From NCBI GenBank assembly GCA_050013255.1, contig JBEKFP010000002.1, positions 192,001 to 256,000 on the forward strand: a stretch of 64,000 nt of DNA. Reading direction: 5' to 3'. The DNA comes from Candidatus Bathyarchaeia archaeon. GTDB taxonomy: Archaea; Thermoproteota; Bathyarchaeia; 40CM-2-53-6. The notes under the pieces are model-generated. The model searched no databases. It had not been told where the DNA came from and worked only from the letters and a program-made list of their open reading frames with translations. The translations under genes were made by a program, and so were the position numbers. Below, piece after piece: positions 8,694 through 19,023 of this stretch (the stretch's first letter is position 1; every line of letters begins with the position of its first letter).

Positions 8694-9122
8694 TTACGCT
8701 GTGTACCTCGTGTCTCCCTTGCTCGGTTGAGGGGGCGCAACTTGTGGCTGCGGAATCGGCGGTAACGGCGGTGGAATATTCAGGCTCCTCGAAATCAGAA
8801 TTGCATCCGCAATTGCTGCGTTTGAAACTGCTTGTACTAATTGAACGGGAGGCGGTTTCTGCGCCTTATGATCCTCAATGATCTTCTTCGTATCCTCGGT
8901 GCCACCCGAAATTCTCGCTTTTCCCTTGATGCTGATTTGCGCGATTGAAGGGGTGAAACTTATGGTAAAAAGGAAAGGGGCATCAAGTGTGCCATCGGGG
9001 CGTTGGTCAATGTCTAGCATGTTTATGTTGACCCCAATCTGGACCTGAGGGGGCATTGGTCTATCAATCTCCCAGAAACGTTCCGCCGACATACTCGTCA
9101 CAAAAATGGTAACATGTATCAA
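8694..9122 (-). CDS. Conserved archaeal protein, SecB-like
   Basis: Beta-rich N-half, C-terminal helix ending LNIPPPLP. Confidence 0.55.
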   Translation of the reverse strand: MIHVTIFVTSMSAERFWEIDRPMPPQVQIGVNINMLDIDQRPDGTLDAPFLFTISFTPSIAQISIKGKARISGGTEDTKKIIEDHKAQKPPPVQLVQAVSNAAIADAILISRSLNIPPPLPPIPQPQVAPPQPSKGDTRYTA

Positions 9123-9223
9123 GGTTCGAGCACGACAAATTTCATTCGGACTGTCATTTCCTCTTTAAACATTGTCACCAGAAGGCCGTAGAACGTGTCA
9201 CACGCGCGGCCAAAATTGACTGG

Positions 9224-9556
9224 TTGATGCCTGTAACTACTATAGGTACTTTCCGTCAGAAAACACATCCGAATTTGAACCCGAAGTGGTCGCAAGTGAA
9301 AGAAGCTGTAGCAAGTTTCGTCGTAACGAAAAAAAGGATGCAGAATGGGCGAATTTACGAGTCGCCGCGAATTTACCTGCCCACGAAGCTGACAACGGAC
9401 TCGAACTTTCCGTTCGCGAAGGGTTCATTGAAGCTGTACGTGAGAGTCGCCGGTAAGAGGCTAGTACTCGAACGGGCGCCTACTGCAGTTCTAAGGCGGT
9501 TTGGGCGATTCCCCGTTCGTCATCGCCGCGCCAAATTACGTAAACGTAGACACTAG
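9224..9556 (+). CDS. Small basic AbrB/MazE-like protein
   Basis: RIYLPTKLTTDSNFPF...LYVRVAGKRLVLE swapped-hairpin pattern. Confidence 0.5.
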   Translation: MMPVTTIGTFRQKTHPNLNPKWSQVKEAVASFVVTKKRMQNGRIYESPRIYLPTKLTTDSNFPFAKGSLKLYVRVAGKRLVLERAPTAVLRRFGRFPVRHRRAKLRKRRH

Positions 9557-10314
9557 ACTGAAAAGTGTAAGCGGAAAGTGAGGCTTGGCATCGGTTCCGC
9601 CCGAATTATCGAAATTCTGCCAATCTGTGCGATGTCCGCGACGTGCGTGCCACCACATGGGATTGGGGCACACCCTCTTATCGTCACCGTCCTGATCTCA
9701 TCGAGTTCAGGAAGTCTTTCAAAATTCGGCGCCTCTTGAAGAAGCGCTCTTCCTTGTTCTGCTGTTAGGTAATCGATTCTCACTTCGCCTCCGAGCGAAA
9801 CCATCCTATTTGCGTGAGTCTCAACCCGGCGCAGGGTGTCTTCGTTGGGGGCATTTCCGCCGTAACCAACGTAACAGGGTTCGTCCAGCCAAGAGTCTGT
9901 GGTTTCAACTCGGCTCGAGGTTTCTAATGCCAAGCAGTGGTCGAGCAAATGAGCTGCAGTATGCCTCCGCATAACCAGCTGCCTGAACGGCCAGTCTATC
10001 TCGCAGGTGACTGGTCCGATCAAGGGTTCTCCGCTAATGATCTTCGCCCAATGGACAACGACACCCTGGTAGTAGAGCGCTTTCTTTACGTTTAGTTCAA
10101 AACTGTCGGAGCGAATGGTGCCGCGGTCTGACGGCTGTCCACCACCTTTAGGGTGAAAAATAGTTCGGTCGAGAATCAGATACACGTGGGTGCCTTTTTC
10201 GGGGACAATCTTAATCATCTGAGCGTCGTCGCGACCCTTATCCATCTCCCTCAAGTAGGTGAGCTCGGTCCTCTCGAGTCCCGAAGCTATTTCCTTTAGG
10301 TTCAAGTTGGGCAC
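9553..10314 (-). CDS. alaX: Alanyl-tRNA editing protein AlaX-M
   Basis: FHPKGGGQPSD, HTAAH and CGGTH zinc motifs. Confidence 0.9.
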   Translation of the reverse strand: MPNLNLKEIASGLERTELTYLREMDKGRDDAQMIKIVPEKGTHVYLILDRTIFHPKGGGQPSDRGTIRSDSFELNVKKALYYQGVVVHWAKIISGEPLIGPVTCEIDWPFRQLVMRRHTAAHLLDHCLALETSSRVETTDSWLDEPCYVGYGGNAPNEDTLRRVETHANRMVSLGGEVRIDYLTAEQGRALLQEAPNFERLPELDEIRTVTIRGCAPIPCGGTHVADIAQIGRISIIRAEPMPSLTFRLHFSV

Positions 10315-10391
10315 CTAAAATGGCAATATACTTTCCCTTCAGTCATGAGGCTTTTAAGGAAACGTTGGGTATAGCGCGGCGCTGATAGGCT

Positions 10392-10901
10392 GTGAATTCG
10401 AAACAGGTCGTTGCCGCGCTTTCTGTGGTTCTCTTATTGGTCATTCTGATCTATCCTGCGGTCGCAAGTGGAAATATTTCAGTAACTATGGGTGGGCTAA
10501 AGATCGATAAGGCAGATCATGTCTACGTTACAGTTGGCGGAGTATGGGTTCACGAGAGAGGCCAGTCAAATGCGACCGGATGGGAGTCAGTGTCCAACCA
10601 GTCACAAACCGTCGACCTAATCTCCCTTGAGAATTTAACAAAGCCACTGGCAACAAGTCAGATTTCCGTAGCACGTTATGATTCTGTCCGCCTCAGCCTA
10701 TCGAACGTTACCTGGGTGTTCAACAAGACAACTACCAGCTTGCTAATCGCTTCGTCTAACTTGGATGCGAACCTCGAATTCACGCTGGTGGCCGGCAGAC
10801 AGCTAACGATCACCATCCTTCTTGGGGGTCACCAAGAAGTGATTGGGGCATCGAAGTTTTTCCAAGCCACCATGACCGTAACAGTAACCGAAGTCTCCTA
10901 A
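10392..10901 (+). CDS. Exported DUF4382-like protein
   Basis: Signal/anchor helix; HVYVTV...VH...W...TVDL pattern. Confidence 0.6.
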   Translation: MNSKQVVAALSVVLLLVILIYPAVASGNISVTMGGLKIDKADHVYVTVGGVWVHERGQSNATGWESVSNQSQTVDLISLENLTKPLATSQISVARYDSVRLSLSNVTWVFNKTTTSLLIASSNLDANLEFTLVAGRQLTITILLGGHQEVIGASKFFQATMTVTVTEVS

Positions 10902-10959
10902 CCATAGGAATGCCAACTCAAAAATAGTGAGCGTAGCGTTAGAGTGTTGGGATTGAATA

Positions 10960-11484
10960 TTGGCAGTCGCTGGAAGAGATCAAATCACCAAATTGATCTC
11001 CGCTTACAAATGCATACATCCATTTGATTACGCATTTCTGGACGGTGATGGCTACGTCCTTACTGTGCGGGATGAAACGACTCTCCATTATCTTGAGCAT
11101 CGAAACGTCGTATCATACGAAGTAGTGTTCACGCCTCCAAACTACGTTTCACATCTGACCGCGAAGAGTAAGTATGGGAGAATGGGCCTATCTTTTCTGA
11201 ACGCTGCTAAGGTCCACAGCGGCTTTGTGGGGCGGCTTGCGTTGGAACTTGTCAACTTGAACAACACACGGCAGACTATAACCATCAAACGCGGGGACCC
11301 CTTGATGCACATCGAATACATAACAAGGGAAGGCGAAGCGTCTCCCTATCGCGGCGACTACATGTTCCAATACATGAGTGACGATGAAGTTGCGTTATAT
11401 TCAGGAATACTGAAAGAACATTTCAAGGGGATTTTTGATTCCGCTGAACTAGAGAAGATGGCGAAGGAAAGAATTCGAGGTTGA
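10960..11484 (+). CDS. dcd: dCTP deaminase/dUTPase family protein
   Basis: KSKYGRMGL, VHSGFVGRLALELVN and PYRGDY motifs. Confidence 0.8.
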   Translation: MAVAGRDQITKLISAYKCIHPFDYAFLDGDGYVLTVRDETTLHYLEHRNVVSYEVVFTPPNYVSHLTAKSKYGRMGLSFLNAAKVHSGFVGRLALELVNLNNTRQTITIKRGDPLMHIEYITREGEASPYRGDYMFQYMSDDEVALYSGILKEHFKGIFDSAELEKMAKERIRG

Positions 11485-11487
11485 AGA

Positions 11488-12411
11488 CTACCATCGCCCT
11501 AACTTGACGCTCTTCTTCTTTGCTCTAAACGACAATTGCGTAACAATGGCGAGAACGATTGTTAAGGCAATTAGGCCCGCCATAACCCATTCCTTTTGGC
11601 CTGTGCCTACGTCCAGAAGCAGAGTATCCCCGTGGGCTCGTGCTATCCCTTGAACAGTAATTTCAGCATCGTACCCATAACGTGCGAAAAAGTTCGTGGT
11701 CACATTCAACCGCTGAACGCCGATTGAAATGTCTAGGAGCTGAGGCGGGGTATATTGCCATGTTGTCGTGTTGTTGTTCAATGTATATGTACGTGTCCAA
11801 TCTTCAATGGGGACGCTTAGAGCCCTGAAATCGAAAACTGTAAAGTTCCCCAGATAGTTTTCCGCCACTGGTCCGCTGACGCTTGTATTGTTAACGAGAA
11901 AATTCACGCCAGTAATTGTTGAGTTTGGTCGACCCACGAACCTGCTGGCGTTTGAGTAGATTGCTGCAACGGGCCTGAGGTACTGGTTTCCTACAGCGTT
12001 GTAGCTGAGGTTGCCAGCGCGCAGGTTTGAAGAGATGTCGAAATCTTTCCATGTCATATTGGCCGACAATACGTCCCCTTTTCGCACTGAAACGCCTGAG
12101 ACTGTCATTGTTGCGCTAATGTTTAACCACATTCCAGCTGAGTTAAGGTTCAGCGTCAGGCCGGCTGGGGCGGCACCTGGAAAGGCGTCCGTCAAAGCTT
12201 TTGTGAAGGCAGATGACAGCTCGTCGTTCGAGCCCGTGCTCAATGTGTTTGACTGGACGGGTAGCTGCGTAATGTTCTGCTGAAGTGAAAGTGAGAGCCT
12301 TGCCTGCACTTGTTGGTTCTCGATGGTTATCGTAACATCAGACGCATAGGCTGGGACAACGAACAGGGAAGCCATTATTACGAATAAGATTAGGATTGCC
12401 GCGGGCCGCAA
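11488..12411 (-). CDS. Secreted, C-terminally anchored hypothetical glycoprotein
   Basis: Signal peptide, many N-x-S/T sites, C-terminal TM with basic tail. Confidence 0.7.
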   Translation of the reverse strand: MRPAAILILFVIMASLFVVPAYASDVTITIENQQVQARLSLSLQQNITQLPVQSNTLSTGSNDELSSAFTKALTDAFPGAAPAGLTLNLNSAGMWLNISATMTVSGVSVRKGDVLSANMTWKDFDISSNLRAGNLSYNAVGNQYLRPVAAIYSNASRFVGRPNSTITGVNFLVNNTSVSGPVAENYLGNFTVFDFRALSVPIEDWTRTYTLNNNTTTWQYTPPQLLDISIGVQRLNVTTNFFARYGYDAEITVQGIARAHGDTLLLDVGTGQKEWVMAGLIALTIVLAIVTQLSFRAKKKSVKLGRW

Positions 12412-12548
12412 TATTCAGCACTGCTCGTCTCATTATTACGCGTTGGCGAAACCAGAACTACCCTCACTATTTAAGTCTCCAGAATTACTGACATAATGCT
12501 GGTGACTAAGCTACACAATTCAGGAAGGCAAAAGCCTAGAAGAAACGA

Positions 12549-12902
12549 CTGAGACCTGATTGGATCAGGGGGTTTCTCGAAGGCGAAGGTTCTTTTTGTG
12601 TTTCACGTAATGATGGCGGTTACCCTAGATTTGTAGCCGTGCAAAAGTCTCCGAAAATCTTGTTTACGATTCGTGATCAGCTACAAATAGGAGCAGTGTA
12701 TCCGAACAATAATCCAAAATACCCTTGCTGGATATGGCAAGTCGCTAATCTTGATGACCTCGTCACCCTGATAGATTTCTTCGACTACAAAATTGAAGAA
12801 CCGACAAAAAGAAAGCAATTCGAGAAGTGGTTGAAGGCCTTTAGCGTTTATCGAAACGGCTCCGAATCATCTCAAAGAAAGGTAAGACGCCTTCGCAAAT
12901 AG
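12549..12902 (+). CDS. Free-standing single-motif LAGLIDADG homing endonuclease-like protein (start uncertain or frameshifted)
   Basis: In-frame extension upstream of track ORF 12639 reads WIRGFLEGEGSF; downstream VQKSPKILFTIRDQLQIG...WQV...LIDFFD; in-frame TAG at 12537-12539. Confidence 0.75.
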   Translation: MRPDWIRGFLEGEGSFCVSRNDGGYPRFVAVQKSPKILFTIRDQLQIGAVYPNNNPKYPCWIWQVANLDDLVTLIDFFDYKIEEPTKRKQFEKWLKAFSVYRNGSESSQRKVRRLRK

Positions 12903-12920
12903 ATTTGGCGCGCGGGAGCA

Positions 12921-14129
12921 TTAGTGGTGGGCTATGAAGTCCTTCCCTAGCAATTCTCGTGCAACGATGATCTTCATTATTTCAGTAGATCCTTCTGCCA
13001 GCATATATGAGCGCACGCCGCGTAGGCCCATTTCGATCGGGCAATCTAAGGTGTAGCCGAAGGCTCCAAACCATTGTAATACGTCATTTATTGTTTCGAA
13101 TGCAACCACTGGTGCCAGCATTTTTGCTTCTGCAATTGTTCTACTAACTTCAAATCGATTGATTGCGTGGTTTCGTTGCTCCTGTTCGTACATCCAAAGT
13201 GCCTTGTAAGACAATAACCGGACCGCGTCAACTCGTGCGTAATCTTCTGCGAGTTTGAATTGCACCCCCTCGTATCGGCCGATTGGTTGGGTGAACGCTT
13301 TGCGTTGCTTTATGTACTCAATGCCTGTTTCGAGCGATGCTTGGGCTGCTCCCATGCAGACCACGGCGATTATTGCACGAGCATAATCAAACCCTTCCAT
13401 CGCGTAGTAGAATCCCTTGTTCTCTTCCCCTAGCAAATACTCAGCAGGGACGTGAACATCCTTCATTAGGAAGCCGCCAGCTGACATGCCTCTCCTCCCC
13501 ATTTCCTCCAAGTAGCTCGGTGTGAGACCTTTTGTGTTATTGAACGGCACATAGAAGAACGACATTCCCCTAGTTCCCTTTGCAGGATCCGTTTTAGCCA
13601 GCACCAAGTATCCGCTCTTGTCCGGCATCTGTTCTGCAGCCTCGCGAATGCCGCTAATGTACATCTTCTCGCCGTTCAAAACATAATCGTTACCCACCCG
13701 CTTCGCGGTGGTAGTCATGTTGGCTAGGTCTGACCCCACTCCGGCTTCAGTTGTGGCGATGCCGAGAAAGCCTTGTCCTGCAGCAATCCGTGGTAGCGTC
13801 TCTTTCTTCAAACTTGTTGAACCGTACTTTGTTAAGACGTGGCTCCAGGAAACCGGAACCAAGTACAACACGGCTGTCGCGCAACTTAGGTCAGCGCGGC
13901 CTATTTCTTCCCCTGCGATACCTGCTGAAACAGCATCCGCATCGGAACCACCGTACTCAAGAGGAATCGAGAGCCCAAACAGACCCATCTTACCCAGGCC
14001 TTGAATTATGGAATCTGGCATGTGGGCTTTACGTTCCATCTCTCTGGAGTATGGCGCAATTTCTCTGCGACAAAATTCCCTGACGGTTTTCCGGAATAAC
14101 TCGTGCTCCGGGCTGAAGTTAAAGTCCAC
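12921..14129 (-). CDS. Acyl-CoA dehydrogenase
   Basis: TEAGVGSD, LNGEKMYIS, FGAFGY and EGSTEIMK motifs. Confidence 0.95.
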   Translation of the reverse strand: MDFNFSPEHELFRKTVREFCRREIAPYSREMERKAHMPDSIIQGLGKMGLFGLSIPLEYGGSDADAVSAGIAGEEIGRADLSCATAVLYLVPVSWSHVLTKYGSTSLKKETLPRIAAGQGFLGIATTEAGVGSDLANMTTTAKRVGNDYVLNGEKMYISGIREAAEQMPDKSGYLVLAKTDPAKGTRGMSFFYVPFNNTKGLTPSYLEEMGRRGMSAGGFLMKDVHVPAEYLLGEENKGFYYAMEGFDYARAIIAVVCMGAAQASLETGIEYIKQRKAFTQPIGRYEGVQFKLAEDYARVDAVRLLSYKALWMYEQEQRNHAINRFEVSRTIAEAKMLAPVVAFETINDVLQWFGAFGYTLDCPIEMGLRGVRSYMLAEGSTEIMKIIVARELLGKDFIAHH

Positions 14130-14277
14130 CTATGGTACCTCTGTGGCCAAAGGGCGGACGAGGGGAATATGGAGCCTTAGTTCATAGAGTAGCGAGATTA
14201 ATGTGTGCCCTTCTTGTGAGGCAAAGAAGATTCTCTCAGGTAATGAGAGTTCTGGCCGCGAGAAATAGGACTAGTTC

Positions 14278-14628
14278 TTAGCGAACTTTTGTTCCAGCCG
14301 GAACATCGGCCTCCACCGTCGCCCAAATTGGTTTGCCTTGCAAATCTGCTGCTAGTAACATGACCTCGGATTTTATACCGGCTATAGTCTTTGGCTCCAT
14401 GTTGGTTAGAACGATGACTCGCTTTCCGATGAAGCTGCTTGGTTCGTAGAACTCGGCTCCGCCTGCAATTGCCTGTGCAACGCTATCACCTATGTCCACC
14501 TGCACTTTGAGAATTTTCCTCATTCCAGGGATTCTTTCCGCGGCGGTAATCTTTCCGACTTTCAAGGCAAGTTTCTCGAAGTCTTTGAATGATACGCTCA
14601 TATGACTGGGCCTTTGTGCAGCTTCCAT
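14278..14628 (-). CDS. tRNA-binding OB-fold protein (Trbp111/CsaA/MetG-C like)
   Basis: LKVGKITAAE...NMEPKTIAGIKSEVMLLAA. Confidence 0.85.
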   Translation of the reverse strand: MEAAQRPSHMSVSFKDFEKLALKVGKITAAERIPGMRKILKVQVDIGDSVAQAIAGGAEFYEPSSFIGKRVIVLTNMEPKTIAGIKSEVMLLAADLQGKPIWATVEADVPAGTKVR

Positions 14629-14638
14629 TTAGAAGTCG

Positions 14639-15604
14639 TTACTTGCCTCTGAATGTACGTATTAGTTCTTCAGCGACGATGGTGCTCTCCAGTCGTTGAG
14701 TTTCCACTGTCTGAGCACCTACATGCGATGTGCAAACGACATTCGGTAGTCGGACTAATTCCTTCTCCCAATCATCAACCGGGGGCTCCTTGTGAAACAC
14801 ATCTAATCCAGCACCTCCAAGATTTCCTGATTTCAGGGCTGCAAGCAGAGACTGCCCATCGACAATATCTCCTCGAGAAGTGTTGATCAGTATGGAGCCT
14901 TTCTTCATGCTGCTGATTGCCTTTTGGTCAATCAGATGATGCGTCGATGGTAGGTATGGGACGTGGATGGAGACAATGTCGGATTGCGAGAGAAGCTCTG
15001 ACAGTTGACCGACCGCGCGAAACCCCACTTGACGAGCTTTCTCGGTAACATCGATCACATCGTAACCGATCGCTTTGGCGCCGAACCCTTCCACTACAAT
15101 CCGGGCCACTTCTAGGCCGATGCGCCCGGCTGCGCCGACCACTCCGACCGTTTGCGATTTCAACTCGGAGCCGATCAACTCCGCTTTAGCCCACCGTCCT
15201 TCTTTCATCGCTCGGTCAGCAAATGATATCTTCCGAAGCACCGCCAGCATAAGAGCAATTGCTAATTCCGTCACGCTCGTTGTAGGTGCTGCCGGTGTCG
15301 AGATCACTTGGATCGATTTCTTTTTGGCCGTCTCCAAGTCTATATTATCCAATCCCACTCCGGAGCGCGCAACGGCTTTCAGCTTGACGCCGGCATTCAG
15401 AACTGCACTCGTAATCTTGGTTCGGCCGCGCACAATCACAGCATCAAATTCGACTATTCTCTTCTCCAATTGATCATTCGTCAGGTTAGGGTTCTCCTCA
15501 ACAGTAAAACCAGCCTTCTTCAGCATGGCAAGACCGTCTTGAGCAATGGGGTCGCAGACGAGTACTCTTGGCATCGGAAATCGAAAGGGCTTCGTGTTGA
15601 ACAC
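14639..15604 (-). CDS. D-2-hydroxyacid dehydrogenase (3-phosphoglycerate dehydrogenase-like, no ACT domain)
   Basis: RSGVGLDNID, INTSRG, GLDVF.KEP and HVGAQT motifs. Confidence 0.9.
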   Translation of the reverse strand: MFNTKPFRFPMPRVLVCDPIAQDGLAMLKKAGFTVEENPNLTNDQLEKRIVEFDAVIVRGRTKITSAVLNAGVKLKAVARSGVGLDNIDLETAKKKSIQVISTPAAPTTSVTELAIALMLAVLRKISFADRAMKEGRWAKAELIGSELKSQTVGVVGAAGRIGLEVARIVVEGFGAKAIGYDVIDVTEKARQVGFRAVGQLSELLSQSDIVSIHVPYLPSTHHLIDQKAISSMKKGSILINTSRGDIVDGQSLLAALKSGNLGGAGLDVFHKEPPVDDWEKELVRLPNVVCTSHVGAQTVETQRLESTIVAEELIRTFRGK

Positions 15605-15618
15605 TAATATGAACTTCT

Positions 15619-16161
15619 ATGAAGGCGCTAGGATATTCAGTACCACAAGTTTCCTCACTCGTCAGTCGGTTCAACGATGAATTAATCAGTCAGGTCTCAC
15701 CCTTGCCCCAGGGGCCCATGTCACCCGAAACCGTCGGACTAATCGCTAAGATTCTGAAATTGAAGACAATCGCTGTTGTAGGCCTATCGAAAGACCCATC
15801 GAGGCCAAGCCACGACGTTGCCAGCTACTTGAAGTCTCATGGTTACAGGATTGTGCCTGTCAATCCTATGGTGAACGAGGTCCTTGGCGAAAGATCGTAC
15901 AAGTCCTTACTCGACCTTCCAGAGCAACTGAAACTCGAGATTGATATTGTCGACATCTTTAGGCGCACGGAAGATGTGCCACCGATAGTGGATGAGGCGA
16001 TTCAGCTCTACAAGAGCTTAGGCAGACCAAGCGCTGTGTGGATGCAGCTCGGGATTGTGAACGAGGAGGCCGCCTCAAAGGCGAAAGAGGCAGGCCTGAG
16101 TGTGGTCATGGATCGCTGTATGAAGATCGAGCACGCACGGCTCGCTGAGTTGCCCTCCTAA
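15619..16161 (+). CDS. CoA-binding protein (YccU-like)
   Basis: IAVVGLS...PVNP, VDIFR, VWMQLG, DRCMKIEH. Confidence 0.9.
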   Translation: MKALGYSVPQVSSLVSRFNDELISQVSPLPQGPMSPETVGLIAKILKLKTIAVVGLSKDPSRPSHDVASYLKSHGYRIVPVNPMVNEVLGERSYKSLLDLPEQLKLEIDIVDIFRRTEDVPPIVDEAIQLYKSLGRPSAVWMQLGIVNEEAASKAKEAGLSVVMDRCMKIEHARLAELPS

Positions 16162-16356
16162 GCGGATGCGGTTACACCCGCTTCCTACTTGATATCGTTC
16201 TTGATCCACGCCGCTAGTTACACAAAGATCCAAGAAGTTTTGTGAGGTAGGCATCGGAGCCGAAGGCCTTTACCCACGCAGTTTTGTGAATCAAAAATCG
16301 GTTTAAGGTAATTTGAAGGGAAGTTTTTATTCAAAGGCATGAGATGAATTCGTTGA

Positions 16357-17148
16357 TTGCAGATGAAGCCTTCAATGCTGCCTTTCTTACGGAAGGGAAA
16401 AGGCATCCTACTAGCTTATGACCAAGGTTTGGAGCACGGGCCATCCAAAGACTTCAACGAGAAAAGTGTCGATCCCGCTTACATTCTAGAGATTGCTGAG
16501 AAGGGAAAGTTCACGGGCATCATCTTCCAGAAAGGAGTCGCTGAGAAATACTACGATGGAAAGGTACCGCTCGTTATCAAGGTCAACGGCAAAACAAGTC
16601 TACCGAAAGGAGAACCTATGGCAAGTCAGATTTGTAGTGTCAAGCAGGCAAGAGCTCTAGGAGCCAAAGCCGTAGGGTACACGATTTACTTGGGAAGTGC
16701 CCACGAGAATCTCATGTTAAGTGAGTTTGGAAGGATTCAACAGGAAGCGCACGAATTGGGCTTGGCTGCAATTGCATGGATCTACCCAAGAGGCGAAGCG
16801 GTGACTAACGACACAGCACCTGAAATAGTTGCATACGCGGCTAGAGCTGGCCTAGAGGCCGGCGCCGACGCGGTGAAGATCAAATACACAGGCGATTCCG
16901 ATAGCTTCAGGTGGGCCGTGAGATCGGCTGGCGCGGCTAGAGTCTTCATGTCGGGGGGACCAAAAGCTCCAACTGATGAAGCGTTCCTGAGGCAAGTGAA
17001 GGGTGCTGTCGATGCAGGTGCCTCCGGTCTGGCAGTTGGGAGAAATGTTTGGCAACACGAACGTCCTCTAGAAATGGCGGCAGCATTGAGAGAGATAATA
17101 TTCAACGGCCAAAGCGTTGAGACAGCACTTGGGAAACTTGCCCGGTAG
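16357..17148 (+). CDS. Class I fructose-bisphosphate aldolase (DhnA family)
   Basis: AYDQGLEHGP, WIYPRG, GADAVKIKY, GLAVGRNVWQ. Confidence 0.9.
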   Translation: MQMKPSMLPFLRKGKGILLAYDQGLEHGPSKDFNEKSVDPAYILEIAEKGKFTGIIFQKGVAEKYYDGKVPLVIKVNGKTSLPKGEPMASQICSVKQARALGAKAVGYTIYLGSAHENLMLSEFGRIQQEAHELGLAAIAWIYPRGEAVTNDTAPEIVAYAARAGLEAGADAVKIKYTGDSDSFRWAVRSAGAARVFMSGGPKAPTDEAFLRQVKGAVDAGASGLAVGRNVWQHERPLEMAAALREIIFNGQSVETALGKLAR

Positions 17149-18061
17149 CGAACCAATGCCCCAAACGAGCATGCTCGAACTACTGCAGAAGGAGGACCGA
17201 AGCCTTCGCAAACTTGTCCTTCTTCTTGCTGAGCTCAGCCTGTCGATTGCAGCACAAATCCCAAAGAGCTTAGGCGGGACCAATCAATACAATGTATACG
17301 GTGAGAAACAAGCAGAAATGGACGTCCGGACTAACGACCTAGTTACCAAGAAACTAGCCAAAAGCCACTTAGTGAGACAGGTCGCATCAGAAGAAACCCC
17401 GGAGCCACTAAATTTCAAACAAGGCGAGTTCTCCGTAACGCTAGATCCTCTGGATGGTTCCTCAAATATAACAAGCAACAACCTGATGGGAACTATAGTC
17501 GGTATTTACCGCGAGACCAGTCTTCCAGCGAAGGGTAGAGATCAAATCGCGGCAATGTACTTCCTCTATGGACCATACACGCAGGCAGTCGTCGCACTCA
17601 AAGACGGAGTCTACATCTTCGTGCCTTCCGGAAAAGCATCCGCATCTAGGCGATACGTTTCCAACGGGACACCCCATATACTTCCTGAGAAGGGAAGCGT
17701 CTACGGAATCGGAGGCCTAAAGCAGAAATGGACGCCCAAAGTTCAGGATTTCGTTCATTCGCTCGAAAAGCGGGCACTGAAACTCCGGTACGGCGGGTCG
17801 TTCGTGGGTGATTTCAATCAGGTACTCTACTACGGAGGAGTCTTTGCTTATCCTGAGCTCGTCGACGCACCTAATGGTAAACTTAGGCTGCAGTTCGAAT
17901 CGAATCCAGTTGCTTTCATAACTGAAAAGGCCGGCGGCAAAGGAAGCACTGGCAGAGCATCTATCCTTGATGTTGAACCAACAAGCAATGACGAGAGAGT
18001 CCCAACATACGTAGGCAATCGTGATCTAATTAACGAATTCGAACAGTCAATGAAAACTTAG
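17117..18061 (+). CDS. fbp: Fructose-1,6-bisphosphatase class 1
   Basis: SEE, DPLDGSSN, LRYGGSFVGD, GKLRLQFE. Confidence 0.9.
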   Translation: MRQHLGNLPGSEPMPQTSMLELLQKEDRSLRKLVLLLAELSLSIAAQIPKSLGGTNQYNVYGEKQAEMDVRTNDLVTKKLAKSHLVRQVASEETPEPLNFKQGEFSVTLDPLDGSSNITSNNLMGTIVGIYRETSLPAKGRDQIAAMYFLYGPYTQAVVALKDGVYIFVPSGKASASRRYVSNGTPHILPEKGSVYGIGGLKQKWTPKVQDFVHSLEKRALKLRYGGSFVGDFNQVLYYGGVFAYPELVDAPNGKLRLQFESNPVAFITEKAGGKGSTGRASILDVEPTSNDERVPTYVGNRDLINEFEQSMKT

Positions 18062-18233
18062 AGATTAATCGCCCTCTCTCAACTAGGCTGAACCAAGTGA
18101 ATAAGGCACCTCATCAGGCCATTATTCAACTATGCCGCAGCAATACCCTCGTGCTCTTCATCTCGTGCCACCCTCTCCAGGTTGACTCCCAAAGTTTCTT
18201 ACATGTGCCTTACCATTAGACAAGCGACACAGC

Positions 18234-18923
18234 ATGACAACTCGGATCGAACCTTTCTTGCTCGTCAACTTCAAGACCTATCTTGAGGCGACCGGGAAGA
18301 AGGCGATTGAACTCGCCCTCAAATTGGAGAAAGTCGGAGCAGAGACGGGCGTCAAAGTAGGAGTGGCCCCTCAATTTTGTGACATCGAGCAGGTTGCAGC
18401 CAATGTTGAGATGCCTGTCTTCGCGCAGCACATAGACCCAGTCCCCCCTGGCGCTTTCACCGGCCACGTACTCGCAGAGTCTGTTAGTGCGGCAGGAGCG
18501 TCAGGAACGCTCATCAATCATTCTGAAAGAAACTTGAAACTTCCGGAAATCGAGAAATCAGTTGAACACGCTCGAGAAGTTGGGTTGACAACAGTGGTCT
18601 GTGCTGGAACTGCTAGGTTGGGTGCTGCAGTCGCACTTTTGGAACCGGATATGGTGGCCATCGAACCACCCGAACTGATCGGTTCAGGACGTGCTGTTTC
18701 AAAAGAGAGACCTGAGATCATCATCGAATCCGTGAGGAGAATCCGCACCGTGAATGGCAAAGTCAAGATCTTGTGCGGTGCTGGAATAACGACGGGGGAA
18801 GACGTTCACGCGGCGTTGAAGCTTGGGACACAGGGCGTTCTAGTTGCGAGTGGCATAGTTAAGGCACCTGCGCCAGAACGTGTGTTGCGTGATTTCTGCG
18901 AGGCCGTTCAGAAGTACCTTTAG
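18234..18923 (+). CDS. tpiA: Triosephosphate isomerase (archaeal type)
   Basis: NFKTY, NHSE, EPPELIG, GVLVASG. Confidence 0.95.
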   Translation: MTTRIEPFLLVNFKTYLEATGKKAIELALKLEKVGAETGVKVGVAPQFCDIEQVAANVEMPVFAQHIDPVPPGAFTGHVLAESVSAAGASGTLINHSERNLKLPEIEKSVEHAREVGLTTVVCAGTARLGAAVALLEPDMVAIEPPELIGSGRAVSKERPEIIIESVRRIRTVNGKVKILCGAGITTGEDVHAALKLGTQGVLVASGIVKAPAPERVLRDFCEAVQKYL

Positions 18924-19023
18924 AGGTCGCACTCCAAGGTGTTTGATCCTTAGCTAGCATTCATAGCTAGCATTTATAACGGGTACCGCACTCTCTCGCG
19001 CAAAAACAGACTCGTGGAGCCGG

